NCBI GenBank assembly: GCA_030141605.1
Contig: JAQGDQ010000045.1
Location: 434,001-498,000, forward strand
DNA from: Tubiluchus corallicola
Taxonomy: Eukaryota; Animalia; Priapulida
Direction of reading: 5' to 3'
DNA: 64,000 nucleotides
The notes beneath the pieces were generated by a model that did not search any database, had not been told where the DNA came from, and worked only from the letters and a program-made list of their open reading frames with translations. Shown here one piece after another: positions 48,181 through 61,100 of the stretch (its first letter is position 1; each line of letters starts with the position of its first letter). A program made the translations under genes and the position numbers.

Positions 48181-50673
48181 TGTATAATGTATTCCCACAT
48201 ATTACATATTATATACATATATAAGTTTATATTAGGGATATAAATTATCATAATCCTATTTAGCTGCTTAGTTGTAACATATTTTTTATTTTTTTTTGCA
48301 ATTTTAGGATCCCGCAGAATTGGAGGGCCAGATGCAGTATGGCGTAAATGGCATGGGTGCACGTGGTGGTCGTGGAGGTGGTATGCGTGGAAGAGGCGGT
48401 CCACCGACTAGAGGAGGACCAGGCGGTATGGGTGGGAGAGGTGCACCAGGAGGCATGGCAGCACAGAGGGGTATGGCACCACCGAGAGGTGTTCCTAGTG
48501 CAGGAATGGCTTCAAGAGGAAACCGTGGAGGCATGGCTCCAAGAGGGATGCCAGCTGCGTCGTCACAAGTTGGTCGAGGAGCTGGAGTAATGAGAGGATC
48601 TCCTAATGCAAGAGGTGGCGTACCTAGAGGACTGGCCACTCGTGGTGCAGCACCTATGATGAGAGGTGGAGGTGCACAACCACCTGCTAGATCAATGGCT
48701 CAAGGATTTGATGCTGGTTATGATGCAAGCTATGTAAGTTTGTGACTGCTATTGCTGTTATAATTAAATTCTTTCCAGAGAAATTTGTCCAGGTTATTGT
48801 AAATTATGTTTGTTGAACCTGCATTACTAGTAATGAGTTGTGATACTGCACTAAAATGTTCAAAACATCTGCAAACTACAACATTGCCACAAAATAATGA
48901 CGCCCACCCTTTATTATCCAATCTAGCTACTTTTTATTGATAGTTTTTGCATTTTTAATGCACTGCTTTTGCAATATTGAACAAATATTGTGGTTTTGCG
49001 AGTGGTGCATTTTTTGCTGTACAAAACATCAGTGTTGTACATTGCTGTCTTCAGCTTGGATTTCACTCAAACTGCAAATATTGTAAACTGTCTAATTACA
49101 GGGAGGATATGAGCAACAGTATGAGGAACCGGCAGTCTCTAGAACCTCTTACGATATGGGAATGGGTTATGAACAAACCGACCCTATGGCAGTGCAGAGT
49201 ACTGGATATGTTGACGAATATGGCGCACTGACGTAAGTGGTCATTCGCAACGTCAATGTTTTATCTTTGCCCTAGCAAAATTCACTGGATTATAGTAAGC
49301 TGTCCATCTACAAGTAATAAACATTTTTTGACAAATGCCAAAAATATAGAATTGAGTTTTTTAATAGTTACATATTGTCAAATGAATTTGTTATTAAATT
49401 GTGTTGATGCAGTATGTCTAGTGTCATGTCTAATCTAGGATTTCATTTATTCATCAGTTAATATTAGTAAAATAATGTACAGTAAGTCCTCGCTTGACAA
49501 CTCTTCGTTTTAATGTCACTTAATTTTATTCACTTAATGATGTGTGTCTCAATTTAACGATAATTTTTTCGGCCTTCAATTGCTAAAATTTTGTTTACTG
49601 CACTCGCGTTAAATGAAGAAGAATAACCGAAATTAACATTAATAATTTGTCATACTAAGCAGTCAGAGGCAGACGGTGTTGGTTCACTGCCACTTGCTAA
49701 TTGCACTTTCCAAAGTACGAAGAGGTGAAATTTCTCTGATAAAAATCTGTCTTATTACATTACTGGGTTGTTCTCACCTCGTTTGCAAATTCATTGTCGG
49801 ATAACAACGCTAGAACTTGGTGTTGAACAGAAACAGCTGGCGTTAAACATCCGCATGAAGCTTTTAAACTACAATATTGACACTGGACTTGAAATTTGTT
49901 GTAAAAATAGTCCAGATACAACGCAGAGTTTAGCAGTGAGACACGATGCTGCTAATGCTTGACAGTGTTGAAAAGAAAGGGTTCTAAACCAATGCTAGAT
50001 TTTTTCAAAAGCAAGCACAGAAAGAAAAGAAAAAAGAAGAAATGGCATAAGGGGATGGATCAGTCAGAGCAAGATACAAGTATGCAAGGAGTCTGTGTTA
50101 CAAATTTGAATTTTAACTGTAAACTTTAATTTTCTTTAACTTTTAGGTAAAAAATTGTTTTCCTTAACATCCCCTTTTGCTGAAATGCATTAGCGTCTTT
50201 AAGTGAGGACTTAGTGTACTCTTATTATAAGCCCATTTTTTCTCTTGTAGGGAGCCGGATTATGGAATGTCTGGTCAGACATATGATCAGGGATTTGACG
50301 GTAAGTACATTATAATGTGAAGCTTTTTTGCAGCATCAAAATTCAATTTCACTCCTAAAAAATCTCACAACCTGTAAAAATTTTAATGTAATTTCGTAAA
50401 AAAAATGTAGCCATGTTGAATTTGTTGCTAATATCATCAATAAAGTACCTTTAGTTTTGTAATTAAGCACATGATGTTGAAAGAAGGTGGCTGTTAATTT
50501 ATTGAGAAGGTGTAAAGATGTTTGCTATAATTGCAGTGGAGGATCAGTGGGCTGCTGCCGGACATGCACCTGCATTACCTATGGCAGGTGGAAAGGCACC
50601 GACTATGCGGAGTCCGGCGGGAATGGCACGAGCTCATCCATATGCTCCAGTGAGTCGAGGCCACTATGGCTGA
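43938..50673 (+). CDS. KHDRBS1: STAR-family KH RNA-binding protein, Sam68/SLM (KHDRBS) type (423 aa)
   Basis: Exons 43938-44037, 45199-45362, 45574-45690, 47454-47600, 48308-48733, 49102-49232, 50251-50300, 50537-50673 (1272 nt). QUA1 [17 protein letters not shown]; [67 protein letters not shown]; RG/RGG region; Tyr-rich region; C-terminal RAHPY NLS. Probably co-orthologous to KHDRBS1/2/3. Confidence 0.94.
49480..50216. mobile_element. pogo/Tigger-type non-autonomous DNA transposon
   Basis: TA|cagtaagtcctcgctt ... aagtgaggacttagtg|TA: terminal inverted repeats and a TA target duplication. Confidence 0.75.
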
Positions 50674-51972
50674 ACAACCGAACAACTGTCGCCTGCTTAA
50701 CAGGTACATCTTACATGTTCATTGTTCAGGTGAACTGTAAAAACAACAAACTGTCAAATTTTTAATAATAATAAAAATGTATATTAAAACTTGACACATC
50801 AGCTTTCACATTCCGAGAAACGATGAAAATTTTCATTGTGTAATTTTGTTTAAATTACTCATTGTTTATCAGTCTCTGCATTTTTGATTGATAATTACCT
50901 TGTAATAGCAAAAAACGGGTTGAAGTCCAAGCACCAGCAAAAAACGATATCTAAAAATTTCTCATTAAGTAGCTGTGTTTGACCTTGTGTCTATGATACA
51001 GTAGTAATTGTGTTAACATATCAATTTGATTTACAGAACAGTTCATTAAAACGTCTATGAAACTTCTCAATATACTGTTTGATTTTCACTTAATTATTGA
51101 GCATTAGTGACTTGATAATTTTATTATACTTACATTTTTATTAAAGCAGATTCTTGAAATATCTACGATCGTAAATCGTCAAGATGAATTGAGAAAATCT
51201 TAAAGCCACAATTTTCTCTAATTGAATCATCATATTCCAGATTAGATGAGGCAGCACGACAAATAAATGTGTAATAGTAATAGATAATTAAATGTTGTGT
51301 CAAAGTTATTTACTTACTAAATCTGTTCATTAAATTTATAAATGCAAGTTAGTTGAACTTCAATTACTGTTGTGTTATTTTAGTAGCATAAAATGTAAAA
51401 AGTGAGTGTATCCTTTACCTTTTAGCAGTTATACTAGAAACGTATCTGAGTCATTGATATTTTACTCATTTTAAGTTTTGAAAGTGAAAAACCAAATTTA
51501 AATTTCGCTTTAAGATCTTAAAGTGCAAAATAAAAAAGCTTTTCTCTTTTATATTCTTGTGTAACTTGTATGTGTGTCATAACCGTGAAACCATAATTTT
51601 TGCAATCACGGTCGATTTCTATTAACTACATCACTCATAAACTCATACTACATAAAAATGCCTAGTTTGTTAGCAAATCTGATTTGTGTGGAACGTAAAT
51701 GGACATATGAACAATAGGAAAATATGAAAAGTAAGCAATTCTTAAAATGTAGATTTTGGTCATTTCAAACTATAATAATAATCATTTCGTGAAGTGCTTT
51801 GATGCATCAGTTTATAAAAATATAAGGCACTTTGGCTTATTATATAAATATTTGTGGGAAAAATAATTCTGTGAAAAACAAAACAGTGCTGCAGGTGAAT
51901 TCACTCCATGTCATGAATTTGTGAATGAGTATTATGTTATATATAGCCACACTTAATTCCTGTATGTATATA

Positions 51973-52932
51973 CAGTAGGCACCGCTTAATAGACTCACAA
52001 TTAATAGACTCAATCACTTAATTGAGTCAAAAAAGGCTTATACGTGCCACTTCTATTCAGATATACATAAAAACTGTAGGTAATTGACTCAATATTTTTC
52101 GTTCACGTTCTTAAAATAAGACATTTGTATAAAAATAAGAGTCTTTCCTGCTTTTTATGTCATCTTTACTTCGCTTTTGTGCACTATAATATATATGGAA
52201 ACAACCAAGTTAAGTACTGTTTTGTTTGTAAGCAGGTACGTTTATTATGTGCTAATACGCTAGCGTAGCGGTTTTGCTTTGAATCTGTTACCCGCTCGTC
52301 CACTGCAATTAACCTCATTACCCAAGAATTTCTAGAAGCTAAGCACTTGTCTAGCGGTTTCCTTTTGAAGTTCTTGTTCCAAATCACGCTTAGTCAATTA
52401 ACAGTCAGAGATGCAGGTACAGTAATCAGCCAGTATTCTTTGTGGCTTACAAGAGTAAACATCATACAGCAAATAAGAGTATAGAGTTAAGAAGTTTGAA
52501 AAATGGAGCATGAGCATAAAGATCTAACAGTTGAGAAGCTGAAAATTTTAGAGCGGTCAGATAAACTTCCAAAGATGGGGCAGAGGTGTGCAGCAGTGTA
52601 GTTGAAAATTTTCCAAAGTCATCAATGTTGCAAGGGGGAGGGAGTCAAGACGTACCTACAGAGGATGACGAAACCACTTGCAAGGAAACAAGGGCACCAC
52701 CAACTGAAGCTCAAGCACTGATTCACTTATATGAATTAATATTTTAAAATATTTTTTTTTGAATTTTTTAACTGCTCAAAGGAATTTAAGCATTACTCCA
52801 TTTCTAAAATTCATTAAAATGCTTTGCAGTGCATACTAAGCTGATGACTCATACTTCCAGTAATACTACACCCATCGGTTAATTAGGTCAAAACGTTTCA
52901 GTCCCAAAGTGAGTCTATTAAGCGGCGCCTAC
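51973..52932 (+). mobile_element. pogo/Tigger deletion derivative with transposase HTH remnant
   Basis: 24-bp TIRs gtaggcaccgcttaatagactcac / gtgagtctattaagcggcgcctac (1 mismatch); TA before the left end. Internal remnant near 52503-52620 reads HKDLTVEKLKILERSDKLPKMGQRCAAV*LKIFQS, resembling a CENP-B/pogo N-terminal HTH. Confidence 0.8.
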
Positions 52933-54417
52933 GAAAACCCGCGCATAAGAAATGGCTTCCGAGTAACTGTAAATTTTGCACAGTGATAACAATAAATTAC
53001 ATTGTTATAGGATAACAATAAGTGTCAACAAAAATTAGTTACCACAATGCAATACATTTAGGATGCTTTTAAAACGACAATTAAAAATAAATTTATCACA
53101 TTTACAAATATTGCAAAACTAGTAAAATATAATTGATATATTGCAAACAATGTTCACTCTACTTTCCTGTAGTGTCAGATTAAGAAAAGAAATTCAAAAG
53201 CTATAATAAAGAAGTATGAACATGTTTTTCATCATCTGTCAATTATTACTTATTTTGTGAAGAAACATTTAATGTATTTAATGTGGTAATTTTGTAAAGC
53301 AATTCTGTCCAGTCTTTGAATCATTTGAGGTTTGAAATTATTTACTAAACCATTTTAAAACAATAATAGATATATAAAAAAATAAAATTGTGTGCATTTG
53401 TCTGATTTGTAAGAGCTGGGCAATTGTTGCTACTTTGTTTGCCAGACTTTTTAAAATACAAACATGTTCAGCTTTGATTTTGTTTATAAAACATTGCTAT
53501 TTATCAGTTATTGCAACTCTAAACACATTTTTAATCAACGTAAAAAGTTAATTTCGTTTTAAACGTAATGAGTATGATGTCTTCACATAATTAACAAGAA
53601 GCAATTCGGAAGGAGAGGAATACAAAGAACGTTTAATTCAAAAGTAAGTGCAAAAATCCCTTAAAGCTATTTTGTTTTACTGTTACATCAAAAAATTGTT
53701 AAAAAATGATTAAAAATAACAGTAGTTTGCAGTTTGGCTTACATAGCTCAGAAATCTAATACAAATTTGATTAATTTAAGGCATCTTATGAATACGTATA
53801 TTCTGAACAATATTTTCATATTCCTTATCTGACTTCTGGGCTATGCAAGTCGTGTTATAATGCACTGCCTGCAACAAATAAATTAGTTTTGTCATTAAGT
53901 GAACGACCTGTAATTTATTTTGCATGCATAAAATTACTTTTACCAGAAAAGTAAATTACAGTTATAATAAAAATTAGTAAATTAATTATGTTACAATGCT
54001 ATAAATATGTTATGAATACTGTTTGGAACAATTAGCTGAATTAAGTAACTGTGAAACAGAAATTTGCAACTTACTTCCACTTTTAAATTCTACAGTAATG
54101 TTGTTAAATAAATGTTCAATGCCGTAGAAAAAATTATTTGTTGATTGTATAAATATTAGCAACATAATTTGGAAAATTAACCTGTCGTTTAAAGGTATCA
54201 TTCAGCCTTAAAATGTATTTACAAGAAAGAAACTGGGCACTCTCGTATTACATTTTTTTAGATAGTGACACACAACCAGTCTTATATTTTTATTATTTTG
54301 CTGAATAATGCCTCTATTTGTGCCAAGGAAATAGCTGTGTTCGCATTCAGTTTTGTTTGTAAGTAATGATTACTTTATTTTTTGTTTGCCTTGTTCTAAT
54401 AAATGCAGTTTTTACAG

Positions 54418-54980
54418 GTTGGTTTATTTGAAGCCACGAGGGTGCTTCTCACCGATCCAGTTCACCAATTGAATTGTGTTGACACAGGTATGTAATTTAA
54501 TGTGTTACACATTTTTGGCATCTAGAATATTAGAACACGTGGAATGTATCTAAATAACTCTGAATTAAGTAAATTTTTTACGCTATTGCATATTATTGGT
54601 ATATATTTGTGTAATGTGCCTACAACAAAATCAATTCATTTCAATGGTGTTACAGCACTTTTGTAGGATTTTGTTAAGCTGACACTCTCTCGTGATATGC
54701 AATGACTAAATTATAAACCGTCACAGCTAATGAAATCTTTAGTCATTTTACGGAGTAATAAAAAGGATCTTTATAATAGCAATTTTTCTTTAAATTACAG
54801 TATATGAAAAGAAGCAGGACAAATGCTGAAGTGGTAGGTGAACACTACCAAGACGACGACAAGGAGTGTTTTCTGTTTTTATGAAATGAGATGAAATATA
54901 TTTTTTGAAATAAAATGTTACCTTTTTTTTGGTAATTTGAATATACTGAATTTTCTTTTAGCTTCTTATGATGAATAAAA
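54418..54980 (+). other. Candidate distal alternative 3' exons of the KHDRBS gene
   Basis: Exon 54418-54487 (ttttacag|...cag|gtatgt) and a terminal exon from 54801 (ttacag|) with AATAAA at about 54909 and 54974. No other + strand gene is nearby. Confidence 0.55.
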
Positions 54981-55188
54981 AATATAAAACTGTATAGACA
55001 AATAGACAATACTGTACTTTTCTAAATTTTATTACAAAAAGTGATCAACTATAGTAAAAAGATTATTAAAATTACAGGTATTCTTGTTTTCGACATTTAA
55101 CCACATTCCGAACCAGCAGGGATGAAGTTGCGATCCCTACATGCAGTTGCTTCATTGCAACATTGGATATGTAATTTACTGTAGCATT

Positions 55189-58100
55189 TTAACATCCGCC
55201 CCAAGTTAGTCGTGCAACGTGATCGGTTTTCCGTTTAGTGGGTTTGATGAATCCTAAGAACTGCAGTTCTGAAACCGCTTGAATAAATCTTGCGCTAATG
55301 TTCTGCTCAGGAAAAATATATTTAACTTGTTTGCAGGTAAATTAAATAGGCTAAAAAATAGAGCATATTTAACAAAATTAACTGATTTGGATTCATCAAG
55401 AAAAACGTGTACTTGTTTTAACACACTAATTTCGACCTCACTTATTGTTCATTATCAACAAAAAATGCATTACATTTGAATAAATAATGCAGTTTATGCA
55501 TAAAACAAGGTAATAGTCAATGCCTTTAAGTGCTGGGTAGGGCAAGGACCTAGAATTATTATTTCTACACAAAAGGTCAATGCTCAAAATTGCTTGAGTC
55601 AGGTTACCAGTATGATCTACAAAGACTGCACAGCAACCTTCCTGTTATCAAAGAAAAGATATTGAAAGGATACTGTAACATTTCATCCATTTCATTTGAT
55701 GAGTTTTTTGTTGAATCTGGTTGCACAATGGCTACAAATGATTGTAACCAGTCATATAAGTTTATGAGACGTCCACTCTCCAAGTGAAGCTTGTAAACTA
55801 TACAGACGTCTGGCATTGTTGGTAAGATGTCTTCTTTGTTTGCTTCGCAGCAGGAACACTGTAATAAAGTTATATGCACAGGATAAAAATAAATATAATT
55901 ATTAGTAATTATAATAATAGAGAAAAACTATATAAAACTGTAAATGTTTATCATTACTTACCTGTAAATAATAATGAGGTAAACTTAAGGCAGTTTGTAT
56001 AGACACACGAGGGCAACCTAATAAGTGCCGTTTCACTGCAGCTGGCGAGTCAAAATAAAATATTTCATGTAGAGGCAAGTTCTTTGGACAGAGTAAAAAT
56101 TGCCTAGAAAAAAGATTGCTATTTGTCACAATAGTCTATAACTTTAATAGAATTTATTATGCTATACAGAGAGACCTTGGTATTCCAGTTCATAAAGCCT
56201 AGTTTCACAAACTTTATTAATGCTAACAAATTTATTAGTTCTGTAATCAATAATGAACAACTTGTGTTTTAGTGAGTTTGGAAAGCAATCTGTTTGGTGT
56301 TGAGAAAGCAATCTATTCACCTGAACATCAAAAATACGTTAAGAAGAAATGAACAACACTCTTCTGTGACATTTGATCTTTAAAATTCTTTTCACTATCT
56401 ACACAGAATTTTAGAAGAATATAAAGAAATGTGTCTGTTGTATCCAAAGCACATTTGAAATAAAAAACTTAGGTTTTTTGGTTCTTGTTTAAATGTGGAT
56501 ATAGGATCATGACTGATCAACTTTTGCTGAATACGAATTGTAGAGGAAAGATTGTAAAAATCTGGATGACTGAAACAAAAGTTTTATTCTGATTTACACA
56601 ACAATGCCCCTCGTTTCTTCATTTAGTGTGGCTAAATCTAAAAAAACCTAAATGTTAGGTAGTAAATCTTCAAGAACACGTTTAATAAAAAAAAGATCAA
56701 GTACCGAAATTGTGAATCTAGATATCCCAGTGCTTCTGCTCGTAACCGCTCATATGGAGTTGGTATTTTGGACTGAACTTGATGAGGACTGCTAAACACA
56801 TCTCCAGCTGGTGAAGTGCCACTCTGTTTTACTTCCTTCAATGCTTAAAACAGGTTTTTTTTATTAAAGGACCAGAGAAACATATCAGTTTTTAAAGCAA
56901 ATAACAACAAGAACTTTCCCCCAGCTGCTGTATTGAAAAATTGTAACATGCAGAAAATTGTCCAGTATATACTATAATTCGAGGTATTTGTGGAGAGATG
57001 CTAATTTAGCAATTTATTCCACACAAAATCTTAGTAAATTGTGCATCATCAAAACAAACTAATGAGCACCTAATATACCATTGCTGTGAATCAGAATGGG
57101 CCAAGTAAAAAAAAAGTGATATTAATAGTTTACCCAAGTTGTTCAGCTCCATAATAAGATATTTGATCTTACTAACAATTGGTTCACATATAGCAGTTTC
57201 GTTAAGAATGCTCCAGCAATCTTGCAAGAGTTGCTTCAAATCCTGGCAACCCAACATTCTATAATTGAAAAACAATTACACATGTATTACTCGTGTTCAC
57301 TTTTGCAAGCATATCAGAACCGATGCATTACTCTTCTGCATTGCACTTTCTGGCTGTTAATGAAGTTCTTAACCTACTATTTAATTATCAGAAACTCTCT
57401 GGCATTATTATAGGTGTTAACTTACTTCAAAATAGGGCAAGATATGAAAAGCCACCTTGTTTTCCTTTAAGGGCAAGTTGCTTTGTAACTTGAAACAGTT
57501 TTAACTCATACGAGCTTTTAATTTGATACACCGACGCTGAAGGCTGATATTCAAACCACAGAGTTTTTTGTACATTAAAGGGGCTTTGATTACATTTACA
57601 CATTCACAAGAATAATTTGAACAATTATTAACATGTCAACAAACAGAATGTTTTCTTTTAGGTCTTAAGCACTTGTAAAATAAAAAAGCAAGTGAATGAC
57701 ACGGCTTAAGTGCAGTCTTGCCCTTTAAATTAAAGCCCAGCACAACCATTTCTTAAATCTCTCACTCATTGAAAAACCTATAGCATTTAGTATTGTAGAA
57801 AACACAGTGAAACTAAAACATTGTACAAAATATAGAGGAGGCTACTAAAACTAGTGTACTGACAGTATTACAACTGTCCAGAACATAACATGCTTCAAAT
57901 ACTAGAGAAATATTGCTGGGAATATTTGCAATGTAACAAATTTGACATAAGCTACTTACCCTAGAAGTGAGAACACTGTTTTATATTCTTCAGTTGTGCA
58001 AATGTCACTCGCCAAAACTTTACCATATGCTTCTCTTAACTGCATAATAAGCAATAAATAGTCGCCATAACTATTCAGGAGCAGTTTCAAGTGAATTTCG

Positions 58101-61100
58101 TGTTTTCAACTTTTAAAAGAGTTCAAAGCTGTATACCACTTTGAAAAAGAGTAATTTGTCCAACAGCTGCTAAAATTAACAAATCATTGTGTGTAAGCAC
58201 TAGCAGCTTTCATAAGCTGAAAAGGTTTACTCAGCAGGTCGGTCTGCTTGGCTTTCAGCAGGTGAATTACTTGCCCTCGTCAAGGTTAGCTTCTTGATTA
58301 TATAACGCTATCAGAAACTAATTATGAATCCATATCTACACTACACTGTAATAATATTATTATTATTTGTATATAAATACCCAGGTTACCTGTCTACCAA
58401 CTGGTTGTCCAGGTAACCTAATATTCACAGAATGCAAACACCTCAACATGGGAAATAAAGTCTTGTGATAATCGTGGATTTCAATGACCAACTTTGAAAT
58501 AACTTCCTAAAAGAAATACAAAATTATTATAGATGTATATATGGAGGAGAAAGTAGTAGTAGAAGTAACCAAAATGCAAACACAAATGCGAGGAAATGCA
58601 TGTGATTACTGTGAAACTTTAGTTTAGCAATAAATTTACTTCGCGCACACAATTTTTATGCAAAAATATGATCACACAAAGACACGGTTCAGTTATTATT
58701 AAGTCGCACAGAAAATACTCCTGAAATCGGGCACTCCTGCAGGTGACTTGTAACCCATTAATATTTCTGTGCAAAAGTGTAATTCAGAAGCATTACCTGC
58801 CAAAGCTGCCAAGCACTTCGAAACGATTTTTCACACTTTGCTAATAAATAACATTAGCGATAACAAACAGCTAAGGGACTTTAATCTTGTCATGCATTTT
58901 GGATTATGCTTTTTCATGTAATCTAATTTTTAACATATTCACTGTAGATAAAGGACTATATCTATTAGGCATTGCATTTTCCCACACATTAGGCTTACAT
59001 AAAGTTGCCTACGAGCTGTTTTCAATGTATAATGTATATTTCACACGAGAGTGCAAACACAACAGAAGCTTGTAAAATTGCTTTGCATTGCCTCTTGCAG
59101 TACAAGAAAGTTTTTTGGAAAATGTTTTCAAAAGCAGTACAGAAGAGAGAACAGTGAAGGAGGAGGGCATTCAATAGAGTTGCAAACCCACAAATGCATG
59201 TGAAATCACCATGGGGAAAATTTATTATTCCCATAATTTTTGACCTTTGGAACAAAATTAATGAGTCCTTCCAAGACTCACGCCAAATTTAATGATTAGT
59301 TTTATCACTTTATCGGACACACAGACAAACAAACATTTGAGACAGACTGACTCGAATAAACGCCTAAATGTTTGCCTGCTCTGACACACTATCCTAAGAA
59401 ACATGAAACTAGGGAGTACCATGAGTTACTTTTGCATCTAAAGCAGGTCAGTGGAAAATACATGAGAGACTCTTCACAATTTCCATTAACACAAAATTTT
59501 CCCTATTTGTAAATGCAGACAGAATTTGTTTAACATCTTCCTAGATGTTCAAAAATCGACTGTGTCAGTAGTATTGTATAAAAAGAGGAAAGTGGCTAGG
59601 CAACTGTACAATTATATTATCTAGTAGAGTGCTTAAAGTGCAAAAAGAATGTTTCGTTCTTTCTGGTAAGAACGTTTGTAGTGTGCGGTTATATGTATTG
59701 CTTTATCAGCACTTGTAGTAAAAGTGCCAAAAATGAGAGTTCGTTCCTGCAGTAGCCAAGTCATCTTATTTTCTGGTGTGAAATGACTTGGCAGCTCACT
59801 TTTGTGCCCAATTTCATAATCAATGTGGTTTTTTCTCAAAGATAAATGCTCAAATAAGTAGTAAAATATCACCCTTCAAGTATTAAACAACTTTTTGGGA
59901 CAAACAACATTCAGTTATAAACATGTAATTATAAATGGGCTACCTTTGCATACTGATCGTCAAGCAAAAGTGCTGACTGAAATTCTGCAGGCTGATCTTC
60001 TACATAGCTGCGAAAGGATGGCAGACGTCGAAATTGTTCAACATCTTCGTTCTTGAAACTCTTCAACCTTTTTATTGAGATGTCAAGACTTTCACAGAGA
60101 CTACTCACAGAGGAAGTGGTGTAATGTTCCATCATACAGAACTGGAATAAAACGAAATTAATAAATTTACACAACAAAAATCTAAAAATATGACAAAGGA
60201 AGGCAGACGTCGAAATTGTTCAACATCTTCGTTCTTGAAACTCCTCAACCTTTTTATTGAGGTGTCAAGACTTTCACAGAGACTACTTACAGAGGAAGTG
60301 GTGAAATGTTCCATCAGAACTGGAATAAAACAAAATTAATAAATGTACACAACAAAAATCTAAAAATATGACACTGAATAGGATGAACAAAGAATAACTT
60401 TTATGGATTTACTATTGCTGCTATCAATAGCATTGTAGTTTTTGTAAATGGACCAGAAATGAGACTAAAATGTTTACTATATTAACAAATGACTGGCGCA
60501 GAACTGCTAACTTTCCCGCTGTTCAAGAAAATAGCCAAAGTCAATCAAGAAAAATGGTCGCAATGTGTTTGACTACAAAATTAAGAAATGCCAAATCTGG
60601 TTAGTAAATGAATGAATGACTGGCAAAAACAGCTTCTAGTTTCACCTGCTACACTGCCTGGCTAAATCTCTAATGGAGCGAGGATGTATGGACATTCGTA
60701 GTTGTTGGGCATGATTGACACCTTTGCCAGTTCAGTGTGTCACCTCAACAGACTATCTTTGATAATGAGCTAAGTTCTGGTTCTGCCACAGCCAGCAATG
60801 TTAAATAGTTTGCAAAATACTGAACTGCATATGCAGAAAAAGAAAAATAATAACACTTTATGAAAAAAATAATTCTTTGAGTGGTTTTTGTGCATTTTCT
60901 CTTTTTTGCACTCACCCGAAGTATACAGAAGTGCACTGCTGGTCCTGTGTATCGTCAGTTTCTTTTTTTTGTGGGATTTTTTTTTGGTTTTTATGCTTTC
61001 GAAACATTTTAAAGTTACAACTAAGAAGCAACATACCTTTAAGCCTTGTATGAAAGTTTTTACAGAAAAGTCGTGACAGAGAAAATTGTCTATCAGGAGG

